Positions 38,297 to 48,012 are shown, counted from the stretch's first letter. The stretch is DNA of 64,000 nucleotides from Thermoplasmata archaeon (GCA_034667725.1 JAXDQS010000005.1:1-64000), one strand, 5' to 3'. Notes: generated by a model not told the origin, from the sequence alone. Translations and numbers: made by a program.

Positions 38297-38599
38297 CTAG
38301 GCTGGCGGCACCAGGTCGGCAAGCTCGTCCAGGAGCGCCTCGATGCGGCGCAGGTCCTTGGCGCGGCCTTTCTCCGGCTTGAGGCGGACGGCGCGGAGGG
38401 CCTTGCGGACCTTGTCCGCGTCGGGGAGCTGGCGCGGCTTGCCCTTGGGCCCGGGGGCGCGCAGCGCGGCCAGGGTCTCCTGGAAGCGTGCCTCGACGCG
38501 CAGGCGGTGCTGGTCGCGGGCTTCCTTCCAGTCGCGGTGGAGGGTGGCAAGCTCGGCGGCCAGTTCCGCGGTCGGGTGCGGCTTGGGCTTGGGGGTCAT
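38297..38599 (-). CDS. Small basic helical protein, fourth gene of the ppx cluster
   Basis: ATGA overlap with the upstream kinase-like gene; Arg/Lys-rich. Confidence 0.7.
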   Translation of the reverse strand: MTPKPKPHPTAELAAELATLHRDWKEARDQHRLRVEARFQETLAALRAPGPKGKPRQLPDADKVRKALRAVRLKPEKGRAKDLRRIEALLDELADLVPPA

Positions 38600-39297
38600 G
38601 GGAGGGCTCCTTGCCAGTTGGCGAGCACGCCGACCATGCGGCGTTGCAGGTCGCGTTGGACGCTCTTGATGGTGCGGTTGGCGTTGACGACGTCGAAGCC
38701 GTGGCGTTCGGCGAGGGTGTCGAACTGGCGGCGCATCCGTTTCTGGTAGCCCAGGAACGAGGCCAGCCAGTCGCGGCTGAGGCCGAGGTCCATGCCGGAT
38801 TCCCAGTAGTCGAGCTCGGGGTGGTTCCCGAGGCGGTGGTCGAGGAGGGTGCGCGGGCTGGCCTGGAGGTAGAACAGCGCGTCGGGCACGATGGCCTTGG
38901 CGTACAGGTTCTCGACCCAGGCGGGGTCGGCGCCGCGCACCAGGTCGCGGGCCATGAGGGTGAAGACGTAGCGGTCGGCCAGCACGACGGCGCCGCTGCG
39001 GAGGGCGGGCACGATGCGGTTCTCGAGCTGGTCGTAGAAGTCGGTGGCGTAGAACAGGCTCATGGTGCGCGGGCTGAGGGTGTTGCCTTCGCGCGCGGCC
39101 GCAAGCTCTGGGGCGACGAGGTCGCTGCGGCGCAGGCCGGTCTCGACGACGGCGTAGCCTTCTTTCTGGAGCCACTTGGACAGGACGCCGACGTGGGTGC
39201 TGCGGCCGGAGTTGTCCTGCCCTTCCAGCACGACGAGCAGGCCGGTGAGGTCGCGCAGGTCGACGCCGGGCGGCGGCATGCCGTAGGCCTGCTTCAT
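38596..39297 (-). CDS. Thymidylate-kinase-like protein with degenerate P-loop (putative PPK3-type regulatory subunit)
   Basis: EGQDNSGRST (Lys to Arg), LADRY, YWESGMD. Confidence 0.85.
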   Translation of the reverse strand: MKQAYGMPPPGVDLRDLTGLLVVLEGQDNSGRSTHVGVLSKWLQKEGYAVVETGLRRSDLVAPELAAAREGNTLSPRTMSLFYATDFYDQLENRIVPALRSGAVVLADRYVFTLMARDLVRGADPAWVENLYAKAIVPDALFYLQASPRTLLDHRLGNHPELDYWESGMDLGLSRDWLASFLGYQKRMRRQFDTLAERHGFDVVNANRTIKSVQRDLQRRMVGVLANWQGALP

Positions 39298-39974
39298 GGG
39301 GCGCCGCCGCGGTTGCGCTGGTAGCGCGACAGGTCGATGCGTTCCTGGACGACCGAGCGCATCCGTTGCTGCATCGTGTGGATGCCCTCGTTGGCGTCCA
39401 CCCGCACGAACGGGTACTGCCCCGCCATCTCGAGGTAGTGCGTCATGATGCGGCCTTGGAAGATCTTGAACGACTCGCGGATGTCGCTGTGCAGGTCGAG
39501 GTCCATGCCGGCCTCGTGGTACTTGAGGCGGGGGCGGCCGGAGAGGATGCGTTGCAGGCTGACGTCGAGCGGCACGTCGTAGTAGAACGTCAGGTCGGGC
39601 TCCTGCGCGAACGAGTAGAGCCGGGTCAGCCAGGCGGGCTCGCAGCCGCGGACGCGGTCGCGCGCGAACGCCGTGTACTTGTAGCGGTCGCACAGCACGA
39701 TCCATCCCGCTTGCAGGCGCGGCAGGATCTGGCGCTCGTAGCGGTCGGCGAAGTCGGTGGCGTGGATCAGGCTGAACGTCGTCGGCGTCAGCAGCTGGCC
39801 CTTCTTGCCGCGCTTGGTGGCGTCCTTGACCAGGTCGCTGGAGTTCCATTCGCTGAAGTGCACCTTGCAGCCGAGGCTCTGGAGCCAAGTGTGCAGCAGG
39901 CGAATCTGCGTCGATTTGCCGGAGCCGTCGACGCCCTCCACGGCCACCAGGAAGCCTGGCGTCCCGTCCGTCAT
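39294..39974 (-). CDS. Thymidylate-kinase-like protein (putative PPK3-type catalytic subunit)
   Basis: EGVDGSGKST, EWNSS, LCDRY, YHEAGMD. Confidence 0.88.
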   Translation of the reverse strand: MTDGTPGFLVAVEGVDGSGKSTQIRLLHTWLQSLGCKVHFSEWNSSDLVKDATKRGKKGQLLTPTTFSLIHATDFADRYERQILPRLQAGWIVLCDRYKYTAFARDRVRGCEPAWLTRLYSFAQEPDLTFYYDVPLDVSLQRILSGRPRLKYHEAGMDLDLHSDIRESFKIFQGRIMTHYLEMAGQYPFVRVDANEGIHTMQQRMRSVVQERIDLSRYQRNRGGAP

Positions 39975-41494
39975 GCCCGTCCCGCCTCCAGCTGCAAGCC
40001 CACCTTGAAGATCCGCTCGAACAACCCGCCCTTCTTCTGCAAGGCCCACTGCTCCAGCAAGAGGTCGCCCTCGCCGACCGCCTGCAGCGTGAGCTTGCCA
40101 CGGCCCCGCTTTACCCGCAGTTCCCGGACGGCGGCGTGGTGGCTGCGGTCGAGCGCGTCCGCCACCCGCAGCAGGGCGGCCATCCGCTCCACGCGGTCCT
40201 GGTCCTCCTTGGAAAGGGCGGCGAACGCCTCGTGGTCCGTCGTCGGCTCCTTGCGGCGGTGGTAGCGCGCCACTTGGCCCACCAGCCCGACGTCCTCCTG
40301 CGGGAAGCCCGGCAGCTCGGAGGCGGCGATGAGGTATTGGGAGTGCTTGTGGTGCTTGCGGCCCGACACGATGCGGCCCACGTCGTGCAGCAGGGCGGCG
40401 GCGTGAAGGATGCGCCGGTCGGGCGCGCCGAGGCCGTGCTCCTTCCGCAGCGCGTCGAACAGGGTCAGCGCCAGCCGCGCCACTTGGCGGCCGTGCGCCT
40501 CGTCGAACTGGTGGCGCCGGCCCAGGCCGATCGCGCCGGCCTCGACCACCTGCTCGGTGCGGCGGGGCGCGTCGCCGCCCAGTTGCCCGACCAGGTCCAG
40601 CAGCACGCCTTCCTTGAGGCCGACCTTGGGGACGTGGATGGCGGGCACGGCGGCCATGCGGGCGACGTGGAGGTAGACGTGCGCCGCGGGCAGGATGACG
40701 TCGGCGCGGTCGGGCCGCAGCCCGAGCTTCTCGACCCGCTCCTGCTCCGTCATGCCGGCGAGCTTGTCCGCCAGGCGCTCCAGCTCGCGCACCGGCAGGG
40801 GTCCGCCGCCGTCGCCGCCGGCCAGCCTGGCGAGGTCCTCGATGTTGCCGCCGGTCGCCGCCAGCCCGCCCAGCCGGCGGCCGTCGCGGCCCGGCAGCCG
40901 CAGCGGGCCAAGCACGTCGCCCACCAGGCGGGCGAACCGGGCGGGGTCGCGGGCGGCGGCGCGGAACTCCTCCAGCAGGCGGACGCTGCCCATCGGGTGC
41001 GACTCGGTCCAGGCGACCCCTTTGCGGTCGAGCAGGCTGACCTCGAGCGAGCCGCCGCCGAGGTCCATCACGAGCCACGGCTTGCCGTCAAGCTCGAGGC
41101 GGCCCGCGACCGCGAGCGCCACCAGGCGGGCCTCCTCGCCGCCGCCGATGGGCTCGACCCGCACGCCGGCCTCCTTGGCGGCGCGGCGCAGGAACGCCTC
41201 GCGGTTGGCGGCCTCGCGCACCGCGCTCGTGGCCACGATTCGCACGGCGCGCAGGTTGAGCGCGTCCATCTGCCCGCGGAAGCGCGCCAGCGCCTGGACG
41301 GCCTGGTCCATGGCGGCGGGCGCGAGGGCGCCGTCGCGGAACACCGACTCGCCGAGGCGGACGGGCGCGCGCTCCTGCAAGAGGACAGTGCTGTGGGCGG
41401 GGTCCGCGAACTCGGCGGCCATGCAGCGGACGCCATTGGAGCCGATGTCGATGCAGCCCACCCGCAGCGGGAACGGCGTGGACGCGCGAGGCAT
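39971..41494 (-). CDS. ppx: Ppx/GppA exopolyphosphatase with C-terminal HD domain
   Basis: IDIGSN, ATSAVREAAN, EEARL, DLGGGSLE, RADVI, LLHDVG. Confidence 0.94.
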   Translation of the reverse strand: MPRASTPFPLRVGCIDIGSNGVRCMAAEFADPAHSTVLLQERAPVRLGESVFRDGALAPAAMDQAVQALARFRGQMDALNLRAVRIVATSAVREAANREAFLRRAAKEAGVRVEPIGGGEEARLVALAVAGRLELDGKPWLVMDLGGGSLEVSLLDRKGVAWTESHPMGSVRLLEEFRAAARDPARFARLVGDVLGPLRLPGRDGRRLGGLAATGGNIEDLARLAGGDGGGPLPVRELERLADKLAGMTEQERVEKLGLRPDRADVILPAAHVYLHVARMAAVPAIHVPKVGLKEGVLLDLVGQLGGDAPRRTEQVVEAGAIGLGRRHQFDEAHGRQVARLALTLFDALRKEHGLGAPDRRILHAAALLHDVGRIVSGRKHHKHSQYLIAASELPGFPQEDVGLVGQVARYHRRKEPTTDHEAFAALSKEDQDRVERMAALLRVADALDRSHHAAVRELRVKRGRGKLTLQAVGEGDLLLEQWALQKKGGLFERIFKVGLQLEAGRA

Positions 41495-41557
41495 GGGGGC
41501 GGCCTGGGAAAGCCGGCCTTGCCTTTGGCTGTTCCTCCCGAGACAACGCGGCGGACG

Positions 41558-42445
41558 TCAGACGAACTTCATCAGCGTCGGGGTGACGTCGACGTTCCGG
41601 ATGTCCTGCTGGTAGAGCGGGACCTCGCCGGTCGCCATCGGGTAGGCGTCCTCCAGCGTGGCCAGCTTGTCGTTGCGGTAGAGGGTGCCGAGCGCGATGT
41701 TGTTCTGGCCCCACTCCAGCGCCTTCTCGAACGCCTTCACCTTGTTGGTGGGGTCCCAGTCGGCGGGCAGCTTGACGCTCTGCTCCTTGTACCACGCGTA
41801 GGTGTTGACCTTGTTGAAGGTGACACAGGGCTGCAGGATGTCGATGAGCGCGAAGCCCTTGTACTCCATGCCGGCGCGGATGGTCTCGGCCAGGTGCTTG
41901 GGGTCACCGGACGAGCTGCGGGCCACGAAGCCGGCGCCGCACGCGATGGCGAGCGCCAGCGGGTTGACGGGCGCCTCGAAGTTGCCCTTCGGCGTCGTCT
42001 TGGTCTTGTGGCCGAGGTCGGTCGTCGGCGACGCCTGCCCGGTCGTGAGGCCGTAGATCTGGTTGTTGTGCGCCAGCATCGTGAGGTTCACGTTGCGGCG
42101 GGCCGCGTGCACGAGGTGGCCGACGCCGATGCCGTAGCCGTCGCCGTCGCCCGAGATCACGATGAGGTCGTTCTTGGTGTTGGCCAGGCGCATCGCGGTG
42201 GCGATCGGCAGGGCGCGGCCGTGCAGCGTGTGGAAGCCGTAGGTGTTGAGCCAGTGGGGGAGCTTGCTGCTGCACCCGATGCCGGCCACGACGCTGACCT
42301 CGTGGGGCTGCTTCTGCAGGTCCACCAGGACCTTCTTGAGCGCGTTGAGGATGCCGAAGTCGCCGCAGCCGGGGCACCAGTCGGGCTTGCTCTCGGTGGT
42401 GAAGTCCTTGACGGTGAGCTTGGCGGCCTGGGCGGTCTCGGTCAT
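41558..42445 (-). CDS. korB: 2-oxoacid:ferredoxin oxidoreductase beta subunit
   Basis: WCPGCG, GIGCS, HGRA, GDGD, YGLTTGQ, QPCVTFN; substrate not determinable. Confidence 0.93.
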   Translation of the reverse strand: MTETAQAAKLTVKDFTTESKPDWCPGCGDFGILNALKKVLVDLQKQPHEVSVVAGIGCSSKLPHWLNTYGFHTLHGRALPIATAMRLANTKNDLIVISGDGDGYGIGVGHLVHAARRNVNLTMLAHNNQIYGLTTGQASPTTDLGHKTKTTPKGNFEAPVNPLALAIACGAGFVARSSSGDPKHLAETIRAGMEYKGFALIDILQPCVTFNKVNTYAWYKEQSVKLPADWDPTNKVKAFEKALEWGQNNIALGTLYRNDKLATLEDAYPMATGEVPLYQQDIRNVDVTPTLMKFV

Positions 42446-44301
42446 CACTTGGCCTCCTGGGTGGCGTACGACTCGGTGGCGATCGCGAGCACGTCGCTGA
42501 AGCTGCCCTTCGTGACCTTCATGAGGTCGCGGTAGAGCTGGATCGGGTTGAACGGCCGGCCGTCGAGGCGGTGGATGCGGGCGTCGCAGCCCCGGAGCAG
42601 GTGCTCGCGGATGAGGCCCTCGAACTGGCCGAGGTGGTTGGCCTCGACCATGACGGTGCGCTTGCACTTCTCCAGCATCTCGCCCAGCACGGCCGGGAAC
42701 GGCCAGATGTACATCACGTGCAGCACGTTCGCCTTGATGCCGGCCTTGTGCAGCAGCTTCAGCGACTCGATGGCGGGGCCCTTGGTGCCGCCCCAGCACA
42801 CGATGGTCAGGTCGGCCGCCTCGGGGTCCTTGTCCTCGACGACCTCCAGGTGCTTGCCCTGCTGCGCCCAGGTGTAGAACTTGGGCGGCGGCAGCGCCTT
42901 GGCCATCGCCTCCATCTTGCGGAACCGCTTCAGCATGCGCTCGGTGCGGTTGGTCGGGTCCTCCGTGATGTCGCCGAACTTGTTCTGCTCGTCGGACGCC
43001 ATCGTGTGCAGGCCGCCGGGCTGGCCGGGAACGGTGCGGGGGGACACGCCGTCCTTGGTGAACTCCAGGCGCGCGAACTTGCGGTACTCGGGGTCCACCT
43101 TGGCCTCGCCGTGCTTCAGGAGCTTGCCGCGGTTGATGACCAGGCCCTTGGTGTTGTAGGGCTCCCAGGTCTGGTGGTGCTCGGCCAGGTTCTTGTCCGT
43201 CATCAGGATGACCGGCACCTGGAACATCTCCGCCAGGTTCAGCGCCTCGAAGGCCGCGTAGAAGCACTCCTTGGTGTCGCCGGGCGCGATCACGAAGCGC
43301 GGGAACTCGTCTTGGGACGCGTGCAGGATGAAGCGCAGGTCGGCCTGGCCGCTCCACGTCGGCAAGCCCGTCGCGGGGCCGGCGCGCTGCACGTCGACGT
43401 AGACCATGGGGACCTCGGCGATGGCCGCCAGGCCCAGGCCCTCGACCATGAGCGCGAAGCCGCCGCCCGAGGTGCCGCACGCGGCGCGCAGGCCCTGGTA
43501 GTTGGCGCCGATCGCCATCAGGCCGGCCGCCAGCTCGTCCTCGGTCTGCTTCGCGATGACCCCGTAGGGCTCGCCATACTGGATGAGCGTCTGGAGGATG
43601 GCCGTCGCCGGCGTCATCGGATAGGCCGAGTACCACTTCAGGCCGCCCTGCACGAACCCGATCGCCGTCGACTGGTTGCCCGTGATGAGCATCCGCTTCG
43701 GCGCGTCCTTGTGCTCGCCGACGAACTTGGCGACCTTGTCGGCGAAGTTCTTCTGCACGAACTCGAAGCCCGACCGGCCTGCCGTGACGTTCATCGTCAT
43801 GACGTCGCCGCCCTTCTTGCCGAAGATCTCCCCGAGACCCTCCTCGATGTAGTGGAACGGATAGCCGATGAAGGCCAGCATCGCGCCGACCGCCACCGTG
43901 TTCTTCGTGATGGCGCCGCCCGCCGCCTCGGACAGCTTCTTGAGCGGGATGCTGAGGAAGAACACGCCGCGCGCTTGGTGCTCTGCGTACGCCGGGTCGT
44001 TGGCCTGGACCTCGTCGCCGTCGTACACGATGACGCCGCCCTTGACGACGTCCTTGATGTGCAGGTCGATGGTCTCCTTGTTGAGCGCGATCAGGCACTG
44101 CAGCTCAGGATAGTACGACACGATCGGCTCGTCGGAGGCCGTGACGTGGATGGCGTTGTGCCCGCCACGGATGAGCGAAGGATACTCGATGTTCGTGTAG
44201 ACCCAGAGGCCGCCATGCGTGAGGCACTTGGCCAACAAGTCGCCCGAGGACATGATGCCGAAGCCAGCCTCGCCGCCGATCATCGCAGAGACGCGTCCCA
44301 T
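42445..44301 (-). CDS. korA: 2-oxoacid:ferredoxin oxidoreductase alpha(gamma) subunit
   Basis: GGEAGFG, IRGGHN, YPMTPAT, EDE, QRAGPATGLPT. Confidence 0.93.
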   Translation of the reverse strand: MGRVSAMIGGEAGFGIMSSGDLLAKCLTHGGLWVYTNIEYPSLIRGGHNAIHVTASDEPIVSYYPELQCLIALNKETIDLHIKDVVKGGVIVYDGDEVQANDPAYAEHQARGVFFLSIPLKKLSEAAGGAITKNTVAVGAMLAFIGYPFHYIEEGLGEIFGKKGGDVMTMNVTAGRSGFEFVQKNFADKVAKFVGEHKDAPKRMLITGNQSTAIGFVQGGLKWYSAYPMTPATAILQTLIQYGEPYGVIAKQTEDELAAGLMAIGANYQGLRAACGTSGGGFALMVEGLGLAAIAEVPMVYVDVQRAGPATGLPTWSGQADLRFILHASQDEFPRFVIAPGDTKECFYAAFEALNLAEMFQVPVILMTDKNLAEHHQTWEPYNTKGLVINRGKLLKHGEAKVDPEYRKFARLEFTKDGVSPRTVPGQPGGLHTMASDEQNKFGDITEDPTNRTERMLKRFRKMEAMAKALPPPKFYTWAQQGKHLEVVEDKDPEAADLTIVCWGGTKGPAIESLKLLHKAGIKANVLHVMYIWPFPAVLGEMLEKCKRTVMVEANHLGQFEGLIREHLLRGCDARIHRLDGRPFNPIQLYRDLMKVTKGSFSDVLAIATESYATQEAK

Positions 44302-44475
44302 ACCAGGTGGCGACGATGGCAGGTTGTATCTAAAGGTAAGGGGGGCGGCGGCCTTCCCAGGCGTTGCGCTGCCGTCCGGCGGGCAGCGGTCGCTCACAAC
44401 CGCGAATTGGCTTTCCCCAAACGGCACCACCATTCGCCAATAACTCTAAGTCGAATCCATCAGTCAATCGCAACA

Positions 44476-46599
44476 ATGGGTTTCAGCGCATGGAAGGTGG
44501 CCAAGGTTTGCGCCGGCCTGTTGACCGTTGTTTCCCTTACGGGGTCCTTGTTACCGGTCCCGCCGCCCGCTCCAAGCCTTCCGCTGGATTCATGCGCAGG
44601 GGCCGCCGCCGAGGGCGCGACATTCACAAGAATCTCCACGGCCGACCTGCTGGCCGATGCCGCCGCTGGCGTTGCGCGGCTGACGCACCGCGGCAAGACC
44701 TACGAAGTCCCCGTCGAGCAAGTCTCCGTCCACGGGAACTTCACGGATGGCGTGGAAACCAAGACCTGGAACGAAGTCATCCCGATCCACTACGTTGGCG
44801 AGAACAAGACGACCGAGGTCCGCGCCTTGCTGGTCGGAACCGAGGACAACCTGGTCGTCATGTTCAGCAGTTGGCACGGCATGGTCCTCGCGACCGCCGC
44901 GTCCAGCATCGCCTCGACTTCCGCCGGCGACTGCTACCTCATCGGTGGCGCCGCCCGGGCGCCGCACACGGGAGGCGAGCTTCCAGGCGCCCATGTTCCA
45001 ACGATGACCCCCTTGGAGATTCCGTCCACTGCCCCCGTGCAGTGCATTCCCTTGGCAGACCGCGACGAGGTTTGCGTCCCATCCTGTGCGGGCGGCGTGC
45101 GCCAAGTGGAAAGCACCGTGGTGTTCTGCGGCGACGAGGTCGAGCCCTGCCCAGGCGGCATCAGCCTGAGCACCAACGGCGGCGCCTTGGTGTGCGGCCG
45201 GCCGGTCCAACCATGCCGCCGGGACCCGTGCGTCCCCATGCCCGAATGCCTTGAAGGAAACCCACAGGAGGACGAGCCGGAAATCTGCGGCTACCCCATC
45301 CCAGAATGCGACCTGGACGCGAGCCCGGGGACTCCTTGCGGCCTGCACCCCTGCCAGGGCAGCATCTGCGACAACCCCTGCGTAGAGGCCCTTGGCAGCA
45401 TCGTCGAGAACGGCCAACTGGCGTTCATCAGCAGCGAAGGCGAGGACGACGCGCCGGTCCTGCTTGACGAGTGCGTAGGAGGTTGCCCGCCCGCATCCCC
45501 GGAGTGCTGCTCTGCAACCGACCGCGCCTTGGGCAACTGCTGCGGCGACGCCAGCGACGACTGTTGCGACGGCGAGCTGGCGCCCATCCTCTCGGAGCTT
45601 CGGGACCTGGGCCTCCCCGGCATGTGCGAAGGCTGCGAAGGGCCGCTCGTGAGCGTCCGAGCCCTTGACGATGCGTGCCAGACGGGCGACCCATGCGGTT
45701 CAGGGTGCGACCTGTTCCTCCACACGTATGGCGACTCCAGGTTCTGCACCACGTACCACGATGACTTCTACTGGGCCTTCATGATGGGCGTCGGGACGGC
45801 CATCACGCAAGACGTATGGGACGCCACCGGGTTGAACACGCGGTTCTACCAGAACGGCGACTGCGGGACATGGAACCCCACCACGCACACTTCCACCACT
45901 CCGTGGCTGAACTCCACAACTTGTCCCACGGTGAACGACGCGGCAATCGACTTCGAAGACACAATCATGAACGATACTACCTCGACATACTACAATGACG
46001 AGCGGAACCACCTGTTCTTCCTCTACATGGCCCCCACGGCGCCCAACTTCTGCGGCGGCGGTTCGTTCTGCCCCGGCAACAAAGGCCACGCCGACATGCG
46101 CCCCCTAGGCGACCGCGGCTACGGCACCACCGATCCCGACCTCAGCGACTACGACCTGCACAACCGCCAAGCCGTGGACCTGACCTTCGTCCTGGCCCAC
46201 GAACTCGGCCACAACCTCTGGGGCACACACGACGGCTGCACACCCGGAATCAACCCACGCAACGAGGACAAACCCGAGTTCGAGCCGCCAGTGCCCCAGG
46301 CCGACCGGTTCGCAGGCGCTGACGGCTGCACCGAACTCTCAAGCAGCCCGGCCGTCATGTTCAGCGAGGCTTGCTATGACATCATGGGCAGCCGCCCGAC
46401 GGGTCCTGAATGGGACGACCGCGACACCATCCCCCGCTACTCGGACGGCTATCACAACGAGAACCCCTCGTTGAGCAACAAATACTACATGCAATGCGAG
46501 ATTGCGTGGAAAATCACTGGCGACGACCGCTACCACACCGCCGACGGATGCGCCCAAATGCATGGAGCCACTACTGCCTTCTCGCCGGCGCTCCCATGA
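44476..46599 (+). CDS. Secreted metzincin (reprolysin/M12B-like) metalloprotease with Cys-rich central region
   Basis: Signal peptide; HELGHNLWGTH at 46198-46230; Met-turn DIMG; many Cys. Confidence 0.82.
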   Translation: MGFSAWKVAKVCAGLLTVVSLTGSLLPVPPPAPSLPLDSCAGAAAEGATFTRISTADLLADAAAGVARLTHRGKTYEVPVEQVSVHGNFTDGVETKTWNEVIPIHYVGENKTTEVRALLVGTEDNLVVMFSSWHGMVLATAASSIASTSAGDCYLIGGAARAPHTGGELPGAHVPTMTPLEIPSTAPVQCIPLADRDEVCVPSCAGGVRQVESTVVFCGDEVEPCPGGISLSTNGGALVCGRPVQPCRRDPCVPMPECLEGNPQEDEPEICGYPIPECDLDASPGTPCGLHPCQGSICDNPCVEALGSIVENGQLAFISSEGEDDAPVLLDECVGGCPPASPECCSATDRALGNCCGDASDDCCDGELAPILSELRDLGLPGMCEGCEGPLVSVRALDDACQTGDPCGSGCDLFLHTYGDSRFCTTYHDDFYWAFMMGVGTAITQDVWDATGLNTRFYQNGDCGTWNPTTHTSTTPWLNSTTCPTVNDAAIDFEDTIMNDTTSTYYNDERNHLFFLYMAPTAPNFCGGGSFCPGNKGHADMRPLGDRGYGTTDPDLSDYDLHNRQAVDLTFVLAHELGHNLWGTHDGCTPGINPRNEDKPEFEPPVPQADRFAGADGCTELSSSPAVMFSEACYDIMGSRPTGPEWDDRDTIPRYSDGYHNENPSLSNKYYMQCEIAWKITGDDRYHTADGCAQMHGATTAFSPALP

Positions 46600-47051
46600 A
46601 CAAGCTCTTGGTCGCGGCAGTGTTGCTGGCCAGCCTACTGGCGGGTTGCGGCTCCAGCGTCGAGGACCCCACGACGACCACCACCGCCACCATCCGGACA
46701 GGTCCACCGCCAACCGGACCCTGCAAGCACCTGTATCAGCCCTCCACACAAGGTCAGGTGCTGGTCGAGGTTAGTTTGAGCCAGGGGCCGGCGGAGGGGA
46801 TGGATATCAGTGGCCACCTCATCCGCATCGAGGGCTCGGACATGATTCCCGGCGGGGACGCGCAGGTCGCCGGCACCTGCATGCGCGCCGAAATCCCCCA
46901 AGCGGGGCAATATTTTGTCTCCGTCCGCACGCCGGACAACTACACCGGCGGGGAGAACTGCTACTGGCACGGGGGGACGGGTCGCTTCAATTTTGACCAG
47001 CAGGCCTACAAGGAACTGCACGCGACCCTCAATTTCCAGTGCACGCACTAG
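46596..47051 (+). CDS. Lipoprotein paralogue 1
   Basis: LLAGC lipobox; ATGA overlap with the protease stop. Confidence 0.88.
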   Translation: MNKLLVAAVLLASLLAGCGSSVEDPTTTTTATIRTGPPPTGPCKHLYQPSTQGQVLVEVSLSQGPAEGMDISGHLIRIEGSDMIPGGDAQVAGTCMRAEIPQAGQYFVSVRTPDNYTGGENCYWHGGTGRFNFDQQAYKELHATLNFQCTH

Positions 47052-47059
47052 ACGTGACC

Positions 47060-47512
47060 ATGAACAAGTTCTGGGTGACGGCAGTGTTGTTGGCCAGCCT
47101 ACTGGCGGGTTGCGGCGGCAGCGTCGAGGATTCAACGACGACCACCGCGGCGACAGTCCGGACTGGCCCACCCCCTACGGGGCCGTGCAAGCACCTCTAC
47201 CAACCCTCAACGCAGGGTCAGGTCTTGGTTGAAATACGGATGAGCCAAGGGACCACGCAAGGGCTGCAATTCACCAGCCAACTCATCCGTATCGAGGGTT
47301 CTACCCAGCTTGAGGAAGGGGATGCCCAAGTTCTAGGTTCGTGCATACGTGCCATCATCCCTCAGGCGGGGAAATACATGGTCTATGTGCGGACGCCGGA
47401 CAATTACAGCGGTGGGGAGAATTGCTACTGGCACGGAGGCAAAACCTTCGATTTCGCCGAGCAGGTCTATCTCGAACTCCAGGCGGTCATGAACTTCCAA
47501 TGCGCGCACTAG
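47060..47512 (+). CDS. Lipoprotein paralogue 2
   Basis: Shares GPCKHLYQPSTQGQVLVE and RTPDNY.GGENCYW with paralogues 1 and 3. Confidence 0.88.
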   Translation: MNKFWVTAVLLASLLAGCGGSVEDSTTTTAATVRTGPPPTGPCKHLYQPSTQGQVLVEIRMSQGTTQGLQFTSQLIRIEGSTQLEEGDAQVLGSCIRAIIPQAGKYMVYVRTPDNYSGGENCYWHGGKTFDFAEQVYLELQAVMNFQCAH

Positions 47513-47520
47513 GCGTTGCC

Positions 47521-47979
47521 ATGAACAAACTCTGGGTCACGGCGGTGCTGGCCGTTCTCCTGGCGGGTTGCGGCGGCAGCGTCGAGGATTCAACGACAAC
47601 CACCGCGGCGACCGTCCGGACTGGTCCACCGTCCACTGGCCCCTGCAAGCACCTGTATCAGCCTTCGACGCAAGGCCAGGTCTTGGTCGAGGTCCGCCTG
47701 AGCCGAGAGGCCGAAGACCAACACTTCATCGGCCGGTTGGTGCGCATTGAGAACAACACCCCGATTACCGAGGCTGAGGCCGACGTGCAGGTCGCAGGCT
47801 CCTGCGTGCGGGCTGAAATCCCTCGGGCAGGGAATTACATGGTTTCTGTCCGAACGCCAGACAACTACACTGGCGGGGAAAACTGCTACTGGAGCGGAGC
47901 CACCAGTCGCTTCGATTTTGACGCGCAGGCATACAAAGAGCTACCCGCGACCCTCAATTTCCAATGCGCGCACACCTAG
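47521..47979 (+). CDS. Lipoprotein paralogue 3
   Basis: Same conserved framework and four mature Cys. Confidence 0.88.
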   Translation: MNKLWVTAVLAVLLAGCGGSVEDSTTTTAATVRTGPPSTGPCKHLYQPSTQGQVLVEVRLSREAEDQHFIGRLVRIENNTPITEAEADVQVAGSCVRAEIPRAGNYMVSVRTPDNYTGGENCYWSGATSRFDFDAQAYKELPATLNFQCAHT

Positions 47980-48012
47980 CCGGAGGCCAATCTGCGGGCC
48001 CCTGGGACGCCG

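Noticed and set aside
42571-46599. 1342-aa ORF, and similar long ORFs such as 2443-3693, 9592-12312, 41558-44098 and 48536-51694
   Set aside because: Stop-poor high-GC frames extend real genes upstream; true starts are internal, so these are not fusions or frameshifts
46596-47979. Diversity-generating retroelement target
   Set aside because: Differences include indels and are not adenine-specific; no reverse transcriptase or template repeat in the window
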